Source: Anthoceros angustus (taxonomy: Eukaryota > Plantae > Anthocerotophyta). Taken from it: a stretch of DNA of 64,000 bases. The notes below the pieces were generated by a model. The model had not been told where the DNA came from, did not search any database, and saw only the letters and a program-made list of their open reading frames with translations. Below, one piece after another: positions 11,165-25,162 of the stretch (position 1 is the first letter of the stretch; each line of letters starts with the position of its first letter). The translations under genes and the position numbers were made by a program. The stretch spans positions 62,001 through 126,000 of the forward strand of contig MU008197.1 in the NCBI GenBank assembly GCA_010909165.1. The letters run 5' to 3'.

Positions 11165-12122
11165 TTCCAGACAGACAGATATGCTGAGGAGTGCTGTAGC
11201 AGCGGAATGAACATGGCCATCTGTCCGCTCGCTGCATCTGTCGACCATGGGTTTTGTATGTCGAAGATTAAGAAAGTCGAAGATTAAGAAAGGAGGAATG
11301 TAGAGACTTTATGTAAGAAAAAGAGATGGAAAACTCCAAAAGAAAAAAAGGAACAACCAACCAAGGAGACCGTGCCACGGAGGACTAATCCCGCAATCCC
11401 TCACCTCAAAATTATCCACTGCACAGATAATTTCGAAGAATTTCGGGGATAAGAAAAGACTTACATACCACCGGGACGGAAGAAGTCGCCTCCCTTGCGC
11501 TTGTCGCTGTCCAAAGACTGACATACCACCGGGGCGGAAGAAATCGCCTCCCCGCCTTGTCGTCCAAGACTTACATACCACCGGCATACCATCGGGCGAA
11601 GAAGTTGCCTTCCCCGCGCTTGTCGCCGCCCCATACGCTTCCAGACAGACAGATATGCTGAGGAGTGCTGTAGCAGCGGAATGAACATGGCCATCTGTCC
11701 GCTCGCTGCATCTGTCGACCATGGGTTTTGTATGTCGAAGATTAAGAAAGTCGAAGATTAAGAAAGGAGGAATGTAGAGACTTTATGTAAGAAAAAGAGA
11801 TGGAAAACTCCAAAAGAAAAAAAGGAACAACCAACCAAGGAGACCGTGCCACGGAGGACTAATCCGCATCCTCACCTCAAAATTATCCACTGCACAGATA
11901 ATTTCGAAGAATTTCGGGGATAAGAAAAGACTTACATACCACCGGGACGGAAGAAGTCGCCTCCCTTGCGCTTGTCGCTGTCCAAAGACTGACATACCAC
12001 CGGGGCGGAAGAAATCGCCTCCCCTGCCCTTGTCGCTGTCCGAAGACTTACATACCACCGGGGCATACCATCGGGGCGGAAGAAGTTGCCTTCCCTGCGC
12101 TTGTCGCTGTCCTATACGTTTT
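11165..12122. repeat. About 474-bp tandem duplication containing short GC-rich subrepeats
   Basis: ttccagacagacagatatgctgagg... starts at 11165 and 11639; inner motif acataccaccggg..ggaagaa.tcgcctccc..gcttgtcg repeats in each copy. Confidence 0.85.
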
Positions 12123-12383
12123 CCAATGTGCTTGTCCCCTGCCTGTGCGTTTCTCCAATGCGCTTGTCGCCGTCCTATACACTACGTTCGCCAATGTGCT
12201 TGACGCCATCTTTGTATACCGTCCTTTGCAGGGCAATACACACCCGTTGCCCGAAGAAAGCCGCTGTACTAGAAAGGGAAGACTGACTAACCCCATTCCT
12301 GCAATTGTGGTGCGCCGTGGTATAAGCTTTGACAATCCTCGAGAAATTCTTGCCCATGGCCATGGATCTCCATGACAAGGTGG

Positions 12384-12469
12384 TAAAGGTGTGTCCGTCT
12401 TGCATAGGAGACTAAAGGTGTGACCGTCTTGCATAGGAGACTAAAGGTGTGACCGTCTTGCATAGGAGA
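12384..12469. repeat. 29-bp tandem repeat x3
   Basis: taaaggtgtgaccgtcttgcataggagac at 12384, 12413 and 12442, with no spacers. Confidence 0.9.
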
Positions 12470-12997
12470 GTAGTTGTGGACTTTGGCCGTCGCATAGCCC
12501 TATTTCATCCAACATGGAGGGTAAAGATCACAAGCTCGTTTAAAGAATCCCGGATGGGTTTGTTATAACCACACGGGTTTGTTATAACGACATCGGCAAC
12601 ATCAGCAAAAGAAACCTGAACTCCCCAGGACAGAAAAAAACTAAGAAACGTCATGTACTTTTCACTCCACCCACCTCCATACCAGCTGGCAGTTGCCGAT
12701 CACAAAGCAATATATATTAGCCAGGAAAGGCTTCCATTGCACGTTGCAGGGAAGGCAGTCTCGGCCGTGACCTGATTGTCTTCATACTGGGCAACTACTG
12801 GATATTTAATTTGATGTCTTCGAACCAGCCTGCACCGTGGCTATGAAGGGTTAGTACAAGCTGTCTCCATGGCGTTGTTAGTGGAACTCGCCAGGCCACC
12901 TGTTACCATGCACCCCACCTCCCAACCCCGGCATGATCCATGGACGCTCCAGCAATACGCAACCACATTATTGAGCCGTCCGTTGAAGCGCAGAATC

Positions 12998-15900
12998 TGT
13001 TAGAGATTCAATCCTCTGCTACTTACTCTAGTATATTAGGATATATTAGGATATTGCACTATCGAGTCTAGGGCTTACCTCCTCGATAGTTGCCTAGCCT
13101 AAGGGCTATATATGTAGCACCTGCACCTATTGATGCGCATCGTGGAGCCTATCTAAGCCGGAGCTTTGTGTGTGCCATCCATTACCGCCAGGTCCGCTAT
13201 GTGTTGATCCTGTCACGTGACCGCCGTGGCTTGCCAGGCCTTGTGCAATTCTAACATGGTATCAGAGCGGGAACACTGATTGCGAGACTCGACAAGAGAG
13301 GACGGAGTCGCGATGGCAATGAGCTTAGTGAGCTTAGCTATGCGATGCCCCAGGGATTGCAGAAGCTATTCTTATATCGCTCTATGCCTGAAGCTTGGTC
13401 AGGGTTCATCGACTTCCTCATAGCCCAAGACAACCTCACATGGGAGGAGGCGACGTCCATGCCGGGGCGGGAGACTCGCCATTGGATGCAAAGGCGGGTC
13501 CTCAACGGTCCGAGCATGCGATGTCGCCAAGGGAAGAGACGGAACAACACGAACAAAGACACGCAGGGAAGTCCTCGCAGGACATCGTGACCAACGAATA
13601 AGAAGGGACAATGCCTAAATGCTTCAAGTATGGTCATTACGAAGGAGTGCAAGGACAAGAAGACCGCGAATCTCACGGAGAGCGAGAGTCAAGACGAGGT
13701 CGCAGAGGCAAGACTTGTAGAAACGGCATTTCAAGAATTTCGCAAAGACACGAGCGAAACGATACACCGAGCTTGATTCTGCATGTACATCCTTCATGGT
13801 GAAGGATAAGGAACTTCTTCACAAGTTCGGGCGAAGTCGGCGCCTGGGAATGACAATGAGATAGGAGTTCGTGGTTCGAGAGTATAGGCTTAGACCGCTT
13901 GACGGGAGGTCAAGGCGGAAGGAGCGCTCTTTGTCCCTAACCTACGCAGAAATCTCATGTCCGTTGCACCGTTGACAGACGCAGGTCTGCAGGTCCTTTT
14001 TACGAAGAAGGAAGTTTTACTTCTGAAGAATGGACAGATGCACGGCGATGTGGTGGCAAAAGGCCACCGTACAGGGAACTTGTACCAGATGGAGGTTCCT
14101 GACGACCAAGAGGTTCTGACTGTGTCGGAGAAAGGTGGAAATGCCTTGCTGTGGCATAGACGGTTCGGGCATACCAACCTGAAGTTTCTCCTGGATATGG
14201 AGCGCAAGAAGCTAGTGACAGGCATGGAGCTCCAAAAGGCGTAACTCGATGCGGCGACGCTTGCATGAAAGGCAAGCACCCCGACGGTCATATGTTTCAC
14301 CACCAAGAGAGCAAAGTTTTGGAACTTGTTCACTCGATCTTATGTCCAATGCAAGTGGACGCAAGAATGCTACAAAGTAGGTACTACATTTCGCTCATTG
14401 ACGATTACAAGAAAGTAATGGTGTACTTCCTGGAAGAAGAGTGATGCTCTCAAAGCATTTCGATGTTTAGGCGATCATGAGAAACAAACCGGCAAGAAGT
14501 TGAAGAAACTTGACGGATGGGGAGGAGAGTATTTGAGTACACTCTTCAAGGATGAATGCGCAGGAATTGAGAGACAGCTTGACGACAGGTACACGCCTCA
14601 ACAGTGGATTGCCGAGCGGAAGAATCGCACCATCCGCAACGCCGTCAAGCATGCTAGCAGAGTCACCGCCTAAGTATTTCGCGACGCGTTGCAACAAAGA
14701 CCACGATGTAATATGTCGATAACCATGGCGCTAGGTGGATCTATGACACCCCATGAAGCTTGGTTTGGTGAGAAACCAAATGTCTCACACTTGAGAGTGT
14801 TTGGTCACAGAGCATATGCGCATGTTCCTAAGCAACCGCGAAGAAGTTGGACGATGAAGCATCAAGTGCGCTTCATTGGTTATGCGAATGAGCGAAAGGC
14901 TTACTGATTGTGGGATCCCGCCGCCAGCGATGCATGAAAGTTCGATGTCGTGTTCGATGAGAACAATATTGGAAGTCATGCGAGAGCACGGCCGCTTACA
15001 TGCACTCGACTCGAGTTTATCCAGACACCTTCCTTGTCCCGCATCCACCAATGACAAGAAGAGGATCACCACACCAAGGGTGATGGTGAGGACATCCCAG
15101 TGAGGTCATACCACCTATTGTTCCCGCAGGAATTCTGAGGAGGAAACTGGAAGTAGCACAACAAAGAAGCAGATGTTGAGGAGTTAGTTCCAAAGATTGG
15201 AGGATGCAGAGGACTAACCAATAGCAGTTTATTCCGAGACGGTCGACAAGGGTTCGACATTCATGAAGGTCCTCGAGAATGCCCACTCAACATGGTGAGC
15301 GGACCGTAATGGTGTTTTCTTCTCAAGATGATATCCCGCCACAATTGAGGAAGCACGAAACGGACTCAAGGTGAGTTCGAATGAAGCTATTCAGATCGAG
15401 TATAATTCGATGCTCGAAAACAACGCTTGACGTTGGTTGATTTGCCACCCGGGAGGAAAGTCACGCAAGTGGACTTTCAAGAAGAAGTACAATGCCGACG
15501 GATCTCCGGAAAGGCATAAGGCGAGACTAGTGGCTCATGGTTTCACTCAGTGAAAGGGCCGGACTACGAGGAGACCTTCTCCCGTAGTTCGCATGCATAG
15601 ATCTCAAAGGTGTGATTCAGATCTCATACCTCCGCACCGAGGAGATGGTGGCGGATATCTTCACCAAGGCGCCGCGCAAAGTTTGCACATTTCGTTCGGA
15701 TCTTGGCGTCGGTAAGTAGCTTTAGCTTGAAGGGGAGTGTTAGAGATTCAATCCTCTGCTACTTACTCTAGTATATTAGGATATATTAGGATATTGCACT
15801 ATCGAGTCTAGGGCTTACCTCCTCGATAGTTGCCTAGCCTAAGGGCTATATATGTAGCACCCTGTGCGCCTATTGATGCGTACTGTGGAGCCTATCTAAG

Positions 15901-16014
15901 CCAGTGGAGCTTTGTGTGTGCCATCCATTACCTCTGCTTGTGTCCGCTTATGTGTTGATCCTGTCCGCTGCACTGCCCAGGCCGTGGCTTGCCAGGCCTT
16001 GTGCAATTCTAACA
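12998..16014 (+). mobile_element. Ty1/copia LTR retrotransposon, internally deleted (non-autonomous)
   Basis: LTRs 12998-13256 and 15738-16014 (TGT...ACA); 5-bp TSD GAATC at 12993-12997 and 16015-16019; PBS TGGTATCAGAGC 13257-13268; PPT ttgaaggggag. Remnants LLWHRRFGHTN, IAERKNRTI, KKKYNADGSPERHKARLVAHGF, EMVADIFTKA. Confidence 0.95.
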
Positions 16015-16100
16015 GAATCGAATCATGAACGAGCGGGAGAGCCCGTTCTCGGCCGCATCTTCCAATACGGTGCCGAACTTGGACGCAACTTCTTGTCATG

Positions 16101-17634
16101 TCATGGAACGAGGGGTTGCCGTCCTAGGGTTTCCAGCTCAAACTCTCGAACCGAAGGAATGGAGCGCGCTAAGCCGTCATCGAACTCGAAGGCCCCGCCT
16201 CTCAAGCTCCGGAAAAGAGAGGAGTTGCTGGGATCCGGAGAAGGGAATTCCAGGCACACCTGCCCCCTGTTGCTGATGCCGCCATGGAAATGGTAATACT
16301 GCAATCTATCCGGCTCAGCAATAGTGCTCAATCCCGAGAACTGTTCTGTGCGATGCACTCCGGTGGCGAACACATTCCTGGGCTGCACCGCGTACTTGGC
16401 GGCCAGCACCTTCCCCGCCGGAACCACCTCCCTGTACTCCAGCTTCTCCACCGTCCAGTGCTCCGCATCGCTGCCACACAAACAGCACCAACAACCATTA
16501 TCGAACTCACCATTATCCCATATAGCTCGCAGACACACCGCGGCCTCAGCCAGAGCCCTTTACCTGGAAACAGATTCCCTCCAGGCGTCGCCGCAGAGCC
16601 GGGCCGACATAAGCTTCTGCGTGATGAGCACCTGGGTGTAGTTACCGAACCCATCCATGACTTCCCGCAACGTCGAGCCGGGGGCCGCCGCCAGGAATTC
16701 GTCCACGTCGAAGAAGAAGACCCAGCGCGCCAGGAACCTAGCCCGATGCAGGCAGTCGTTGAGCACCAGGAACTGGTTGAAGTAGTAGCCGTCGTACCGG
16801 GCCTGGTTCCGCACGTTCTCCACCAGCACGCGGCCCAGCCGCTCCCAGGGCTCGAGCGCGCGACGGACTCCGTCCTTCATTCCCCGGCGTCGTGCAAGAC
16901 GAAGAGGAGCGGGGCCGAGGAGGCGCGCGTGGTACGCCATCCACTCCCGTATCCGCTGCGGGCTCAGGTCTCCGAACAAGGGCGAGCCGCAGTAGAGGAA
17001 GTCGTATGGCGGGGGTCCTCGCCGGAGTAGAGGCGGGGATTGTACTCCCCGCGGCCTCGTGCAGCGCCGTGAACGTCTCCGGCGGGGAGAACTGGTCGGA
17101 ATCCCCGTACCCGGCGGTGAGTATGAGGGAGCCGCCCCGACTTGGCACCAACGTCCCGACCGGGCTTGGGAAGGTGCAATTGAGCACCAGGACGGTGTAG
17201 ATCCGGCCCAGCTGCCAGTCGGGCTTCATCACCTCGACCGCGCCGCGCACCTCCAGCTCCCCGGGCTCCTCCCACGCGCACTGGAACCAGGGGTTGCCCA
17301 CGTCGTGCAGCCGGCGGGAGGAGAGACCCACCACCGCGAATGTGTTGTCCCCGCCCCGGTACGCGCCCATCTGCACGAAGAGGGCGGACACCCGCCCGTG
17401 CTCCGCGAACTGCCGCAGCCGGCCGTGGCCTCCCAGGCTGCCCTGCTCGCGGGAATCGGGGGCCTGCGGGGGCCCGAGCCTAGCTCCGGGTCCAGATCCG
17501 GATCCAAATCCGGGGACCAGCGAGGGCCAGAGCAGGGCGAGCAGAGCCAGCAGGCTCCCCCCCGCCAGCAGCCCCGCCATGGCCAGCTGGATGCAGCCTT
17601 CCGCCGGCCGCCGCCCCATCGCATTCGGCTTCAT
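16101..17634 (-). CDS. GALS: GT92 galactan beta-1,4-galactosyltransferase-like
   Basis: N-terminal TM anchor; LFVQMGAYRGG, YDFLYCGSPLFGDL, IREWMAYH, YYFNQFLVLNDCLHRARFLARWVFFFDVDEF, YYHFHG. Intron 16563-16471; apparent homopolymer indels near 17015-17050. Confidence 0.88.
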
Positions 17635-19843
17635 CGCGCACTGCGTGCAACGGAACAACACATGGACCTGTATCGTGAAGCTATTGCAGCCGCAGAGCAT
17701 GTATGTACATTATCAGAGGAGAAAGCCAAGGACGTTATAGCTAGACGCCAGGCTCCCCGAGGACTGGAGCCCAGATGGGCTCACCGCATCGGCATCGCTG
17801 GACCTTGAATTGAATGCTCTGATGGGAATGAAATGCGCGAGCCCCTGGCGTCGCGTTTGGAGGTCCGCTTTTACAGCCGGTCCCACCGTCACCGTCTAAG
17901 CCTCTCGACACGCCATCTTCAGAAGCCACACGCGCGGCTTCCATCAAGAGGAGGAGGAAACCTGCATGTAAGCATGAGAAATCCATGGATGTACCTATCA
18001 GAATTCCCGGACAAGAGGAGAAAGAGAAGGAGAAGGAAATGTCCTCGGAATCGTCGTTGTTACTATTAAACCCGGTGCAATTGGTGAAGGTATACACATG
18101 CCCAATCCGCCATCAGCAAGTGGAGCGGGAATGGTCGAGCACATTCTGTGCTCCCGAGTCCCCGACTCTCGATCTTCAGGAGGTGCACGACCTGGGACCT
18201 GGGATAGGTGGTTTCTCGTCCATGCTTTGTCAGCTGTCAGTTTTACGAACGAAGCAACCGTCCAGGTTACAGGTGTCAAAGTATCGAACCACGTGTGCAT
18301 TCGGACGAACCAAGTCAGTTTGTGAAAGGCAAGTGCGGGCCCCGAACAGCACACCTCGCCGAACGCCGAACTTTATGGATGGCGAAAAGCTTGACTGCGT
18401 ACATACATAGCGTGTTGTTGTAAGGCTCCCTATCTCACCAAAAGCAATTGCATGGTGAAAAGATTAACTTTTATATCTTATTATACAGCCGAATGTCTCA
18501 CTTGACATTGACATTGTTATAGTCGAATATATTCACAAATTCTATATTCATAATAGTAATATACACTGCATACATATGACTCATACCAGGATAGGATGTC
18601 ATTGGGTTAAATCATGACGTCAAGGCAATTTACTGGTGCAAACTTTGGCCAAGAATCCCTACTTCTCTATATGTACTATGCTATGAGATTCTTTAAGACC
18701 CACATGGATGAATAAATTATATAATATTTTTACAAACCAAAACTAACCTAAAATCTGGAATTCATGAATTCATAAGAAGTTATATTTTTGCTAGACCCCT
18801 GATTTAGAATCAGAGTCTCAATTTAAGTCCTCAGTCATTTTAGAATTAAATTAAAAAATAAATCAATACAATTTTGAGTTAATTAAGGTCCTATGTTGAC
18901 TACTGTCAGCAATTATCAAACACATTTGTTGGCCACAAAGAGCATTACTCATATATTATTGAATATAAAAATTAATATTATTAAAAAATTCTAAATTAGT
19001 AATAATATTCTTACATCTCTAATTTTTATCAAGCTATCATTCATACAAAATAGAATCTTTGAATGGCTAAAGATACTCTAAAGTAGAGGTCTGCTCTTGG
19101 GGTCAGCTGGTCATGGGGCTTCACCCAAAGCTTCACAAACTAACATAAGAGACCTGCCTACGCTGTTCCTTACGACATGATACCATGGACGGATACCACA
19201 TTCTTGAAATACTTCCCTCTATATGGGCTCTAGAAACAAACAAGCTTGATGCATACTCAAAACAAAATTGATGCCACAAGATCGCCAATCCAGGCTTGCT
19301 GCAGACGGGACGGGCAAATCTCCATACAGCAAGTGCAATGATAAATTAAAGCATACATCGTATTCCAGACAGATGAAGCAGAGCAGGTCCAAGGTGACGG
19401 CCTGGTCTCACAAAAGCAGTATGTAGATCAAGCAAAGGGCACACAGAAGCGTCCTCAACTTGCTGATGGCTTGATGGCATCGCATTTATACACATCCATG
19501 CCTTCCTGTTCTGATCCCTTGGCCAAGCACGGACATAGGCTAGTCTAGCCATCTGTTTCAAACTTAGCAAGCGGGACCGCCCTTCACAACACCCAGTTAA
19601 CGACCCAGATCCATGTTAAAAGAAACGCTACTGATGGGACTACGGTCCTCTGGGCCCGGACGTCTGTAAAAGTGCGACTGCACAAAAAAACAGAAACAGT
19701 TCTCAAGGTACCAGCTGCAACAATCCACATGAATCGATGTGGAACCTTTCAGCCATATAAGTAGGTTGCGAGGACAATAGGGGATAGATGGGCGTTATGA
19801 CGTTCATGAGAGGTCGCACCTTTCATGAATCTTCCTCCTAAGA

Positions 19844-22099
19844 CTACCGCCGAACAGTCCACCTTCGGCCCCCAGTCTTGAAGCCACCCCCTTGATCGCT
19901 ACTTTCTCCACTGCTATCAGCGCTCCCATATGATGGGTTTGGCTTTCTACCTCTGGCTAGTCCACTATCACTCACACTCCCTGTCAACAAAGGATCATCA
20001 ATCCCCCTGACTGATTTGTGAGAAGAATCTGATAGCCAAGCGTCATCTTTAACATGCTTATCCTTCTCCTTCTCCTTCCGCCTGCTAACCCAGTGCAACT
20101 GATGGAGAGTCTCATTTATTCGATTGATACCTTTCTCCATGGGCTCCACAGCTTGCGACATTGTGATTTTCACATCATTCACGACCTGCAGCAGTGGCAG
20201 TGAAACCCCTTTCATAACTTGTCACAAGTACGAATCAGGCTAAAAGCATTCGATTTACTTCCTCACCACCAACTTCACAAATAGAGCGCAACTTACGTGT
20301 TCACCACCTCCAAAGACAACGTCATGAAAGCTCTCCTTCAAACTAGTGGCTGTCTTCTCAAGATCATTGGCAAGTACACGAACAATACTCGGTCTTTCGC
20401 TTTCCTTGATTTCCTCAGGGTCAAGTGGTGAGTCCATTGAGGCATAGTCAGAAAGCACAGCAACACTCCCTCGTCGATGGAGACCATCCATCATCTGGTA
20501 AGGTGTGGCTGGGAAGATGTAGATGTGGGCTACCGCAGCAACAGACATCTGCCAAGTCATGTGGAGTAAGCAGGTGGGAAAGCAAGTGACAGATCTGAAT
20601 GATTCACGACAAAATTGAAGAAACCCACCTCTAGACAAATGATAAAGTCCTGCAAATTCCTCTGGAAATTGTCGCCCAGCAGGGCGATGATCCCCTCAGG
20701 AAGCCACTTAGGAGCAAACCCTTCAGAAAAGATAAAAGCAAATATGACTTCCTGCCACCAGGTGGCAAACACGATAGATTTGAAACAGACAAATTTTGCA
20801 AGTGGCCTAATCGGGGCCAACTCGTCTCTGGTCACGGCATAGAACTGTATTAAACAGTACAGAGCCCATGTTTGACTGAAATTCAGCACAATTGTTATGT
20901 AAGGATACCTGCCCCACAGATTTCCAGCCAGCTCAGTAACAGCAGGGAATATATCAAACAATGGACTGCACTATGGTGAACAGTCGACTTGGCACACACT
21001 GTGGAGTAGGACACTGACCCAGTTTCCCAATTAAACTCAGCATCTCCATAGAGGTTGAATTGCTCCAGTATTAAAGCCAAAAATGCACAAAATGTCTTCA
21101 GTATCATCTGCAAGGAAACTCGTATCACATGAAAAGCTGAGAAAAGATAGCTGCAGCACGTTAAGGGTATACGAGTCTGCTCCCTGATACTTGGAATACC
21201 AGCTAGACACAAAAGATCAGATTGCATAACAGGGTGTCAAGAGGCTCTTACATATTGTACAATGCCAAATTTTGCAGCCTGATAGAAGTCTTCTCCAAGC
21301 ACCCAGGGTTGCAGGCACAGATTAAGGGGAGGTACATGTTTGATAAACGCACTTTGACCACTTGCAGAATGCTCCAACAGAGGCGTTCGGGGTCCTACCC
21401 CCGTCGCTTGCCTCTCAAGCTTTTCTATAACCTTATCTTCGCCACCTACAAGGACAGCCTGTCTCATCAAGCAGCTGGCGATAGATTGATCGGCGAGAAG
21501 CTATTGAGCATGAACTCCATGGCAAGAAATGCTGAGAGAGCAGGTACCACACCTAAACATGCTATCAAGTAACATCCAAATGAGTATAGAGCATATGCTT
21601 CATAACAGTTGCGCAGAATGTTGCACTCCAGCGACACATCAGGCTTCCATAAGGATATGAACTGACACACAGAGAAAACCCAGCCACAGGAGGGGGTGCA
21701 GTGAGTAGGTGAAACACAGCTGCCTCCAATCGGCGGGGAGAGACAAAAAAACCACCAAAAATATTCCACCTACCGATTCCACGGAGTATATGGGAACCAT
21801 AAAGATGACACCAACTAGCCATTTCTGCTCCTGGTAAACCGGCAGCTGCTGTTAGAGAACCAAGCTGACAGCATCACCCAGATCAACGCAACAGCCGAAG
21901 TCCAAGAATCCCCAGCTGACAACTGAACCCCTACCTCAGGATTGTTGTACGCCGTCAGGTGTTCCACGAGCAGAAACGTGGACAAGGCGAGGGCCGCAAG
22001 CACGAAAATACCAGCAACGATGATTGCCCAGACGTGCTGGTTCGACAGACTCGACTCCGCTGTGGTGACGAGACCTTCATATAGAATCCTCATATTCAT
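19844..22099 (-). CDS. TMEM184/DUF300 organic solute transporter family (LAZ1-like), multi-exon
   Basis: Exon peptides EHLTAYNNPE, EQKWLVGVIFMVPIYSVES, CNILRNCYEAYALYSFGCYLIACLG, KFVCFKSIVFATWWQ, LQDFIICLE, AVAHIYIFPA. Confidence 0.9.
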
Positions 22100-23351
22100 G
22101 GGCGCCTTCCGTAAGTCATCATCAACTACACTCACTACGACGAGCATCCACACCAATCAAATCGCCCGGCGCCTCACTCGCCCACACCAGAAAAGAAGCT
22201 CCACAACCTCCCTAGCCTCCGGTGCCCTGCCTGCCATCCACTATCCACTACCAGCTCTGCCCCCTCCGCCACGGCAATCCAGCAAGCCCGAGAGCTGCCG
22301 GGAGCGATCATTGCCGGAAGCAGCCCGCTGCTGCGCACGTCATCCCAGGCCCTGGCCTCCCCATGCTACTTGACCTGGCCCCAGTCTCATGCCACACGAT
22401 CTGCTACAGCTAGCTGAGTCTCCCTTCTCTTTGCAATTGGAAGCAGTCGTGAAGCTACAAAATTGGAGGTTCCCGGAAAGACTGGCAAGACGCAATGCGA
22501 AGGAAGCCACCGTAGCAGGACGCAGCAACAAATCTGCTTACTCCTCCGAGTGTTACGATCTGGTTAGTCGTGCTCCTCACCTCGCTCGCCACGTTACACC
22601 TTGTCTTTTCACTGCTTTCTTTTCCCTCTCCTCTGACCAATTAGGGCTCACGCTTCAACATAAACAAAAAAAGCTTCTTCGCTTCTTCTAAATCGAAAAA
22701 GAAGAATAGTCTATTGTTAGTCCACTTGGACGGAATTTTTGCTGTCATGGACTTGGTACATACTTATTAACACCTCGTACCATGGTGTGTGTCTCGGTAC
22801 TTCAAAACCTCGCTTCCGTCATGTTTGTCCACAGCACTGCGCCTGATCACGATAGGTGTGAATAATACACGGGCGTGGAATCCGGTGTCCCGGTTACAGT
22901 CAGGTACTCGGTTCGAGGACGTGGTTGCATGGGTCTTGCACTTCTGCCCCGCTTCAGGGGTCGGCAGTGTGGAGTGACGGTAAGTTCTTGTCTTGTTTAT
23001 GGCAAAAAAAAACGACTAATGGATGGCGTGGTGGAAAAAGTAACAGGGCCGTATAGGGCACGTTTACCTCAGCCCCAAGGTGCGACAGTTCTTTGGCAGC
23101 CAGCAATCGGATCTCAAGCGCTTTGTGCGATGCTGGTGGTTTCCGCCCGATCCACAGCCTCGCCATCCGCGTGGATGTCCCGCAGCTAGCGACCTCCTGC
23201 TTGTGTCGGGCCATCCATGGTGTTGCCGGCGCTGGGGCTTGGTATGTGCGCAGAACAAGCGGGTGGGCTTGTTCCGCAATTGGCCTCTGCATACCGACGC
23301 CCTTGTGCTCTGTAATTCTTGTTCTCGGCCTGCTCCATCCCCGGCGTCGCC

Positions 23352-24685
<1,334 letters not shown>

Positions 24686-25162
24686 GGTATGTACGTACAC
24701 TCCATGGGAATGTTTCCGGTGCATCAGGTAGGTCTTGCCAATTGCCAGACCTAGAACTGCTTTGTTGGCGCCTGTCAGGCCAGCAAGGAAAAGGTGCATG
24801 TATGTTCTGTCAACCAGAGCTCTGTATAAAAACCCGAATAATGTTTGCCAAGCAATTGCTGCTGGCTAGTAGGGTAGCAGGTAGGTCCAGCTGAGCTCTC
24901 TCTCTGAGAGCCACATTTGTAGCCCATAAGACATTGCATTGGAATACAGCCAAATTGGCTGTTGAAGTCCCATGGTTGTTAGATGCGAATCGGCTGGTGA
25001 AGGCCGGTGATGTGGAGCTGATATTGGTAGGGTGGGATGCTAGAGCACAAGATGCTTTGTGATCTTGCCACTGCAACGTTCAGCAATTGAATTGGCCCCT
25101 TTGTGAATCAAATTAGTGGAGAACTAATCTTCCTACAAATTTGTTTTTGTGACACGCCTCTT

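Noticed and set aside
12384-12469. 29-bp repeats as a CRISPR array
   Set aside because: Head-to-tail with no spacers, no cas genes, eukaryotic context.
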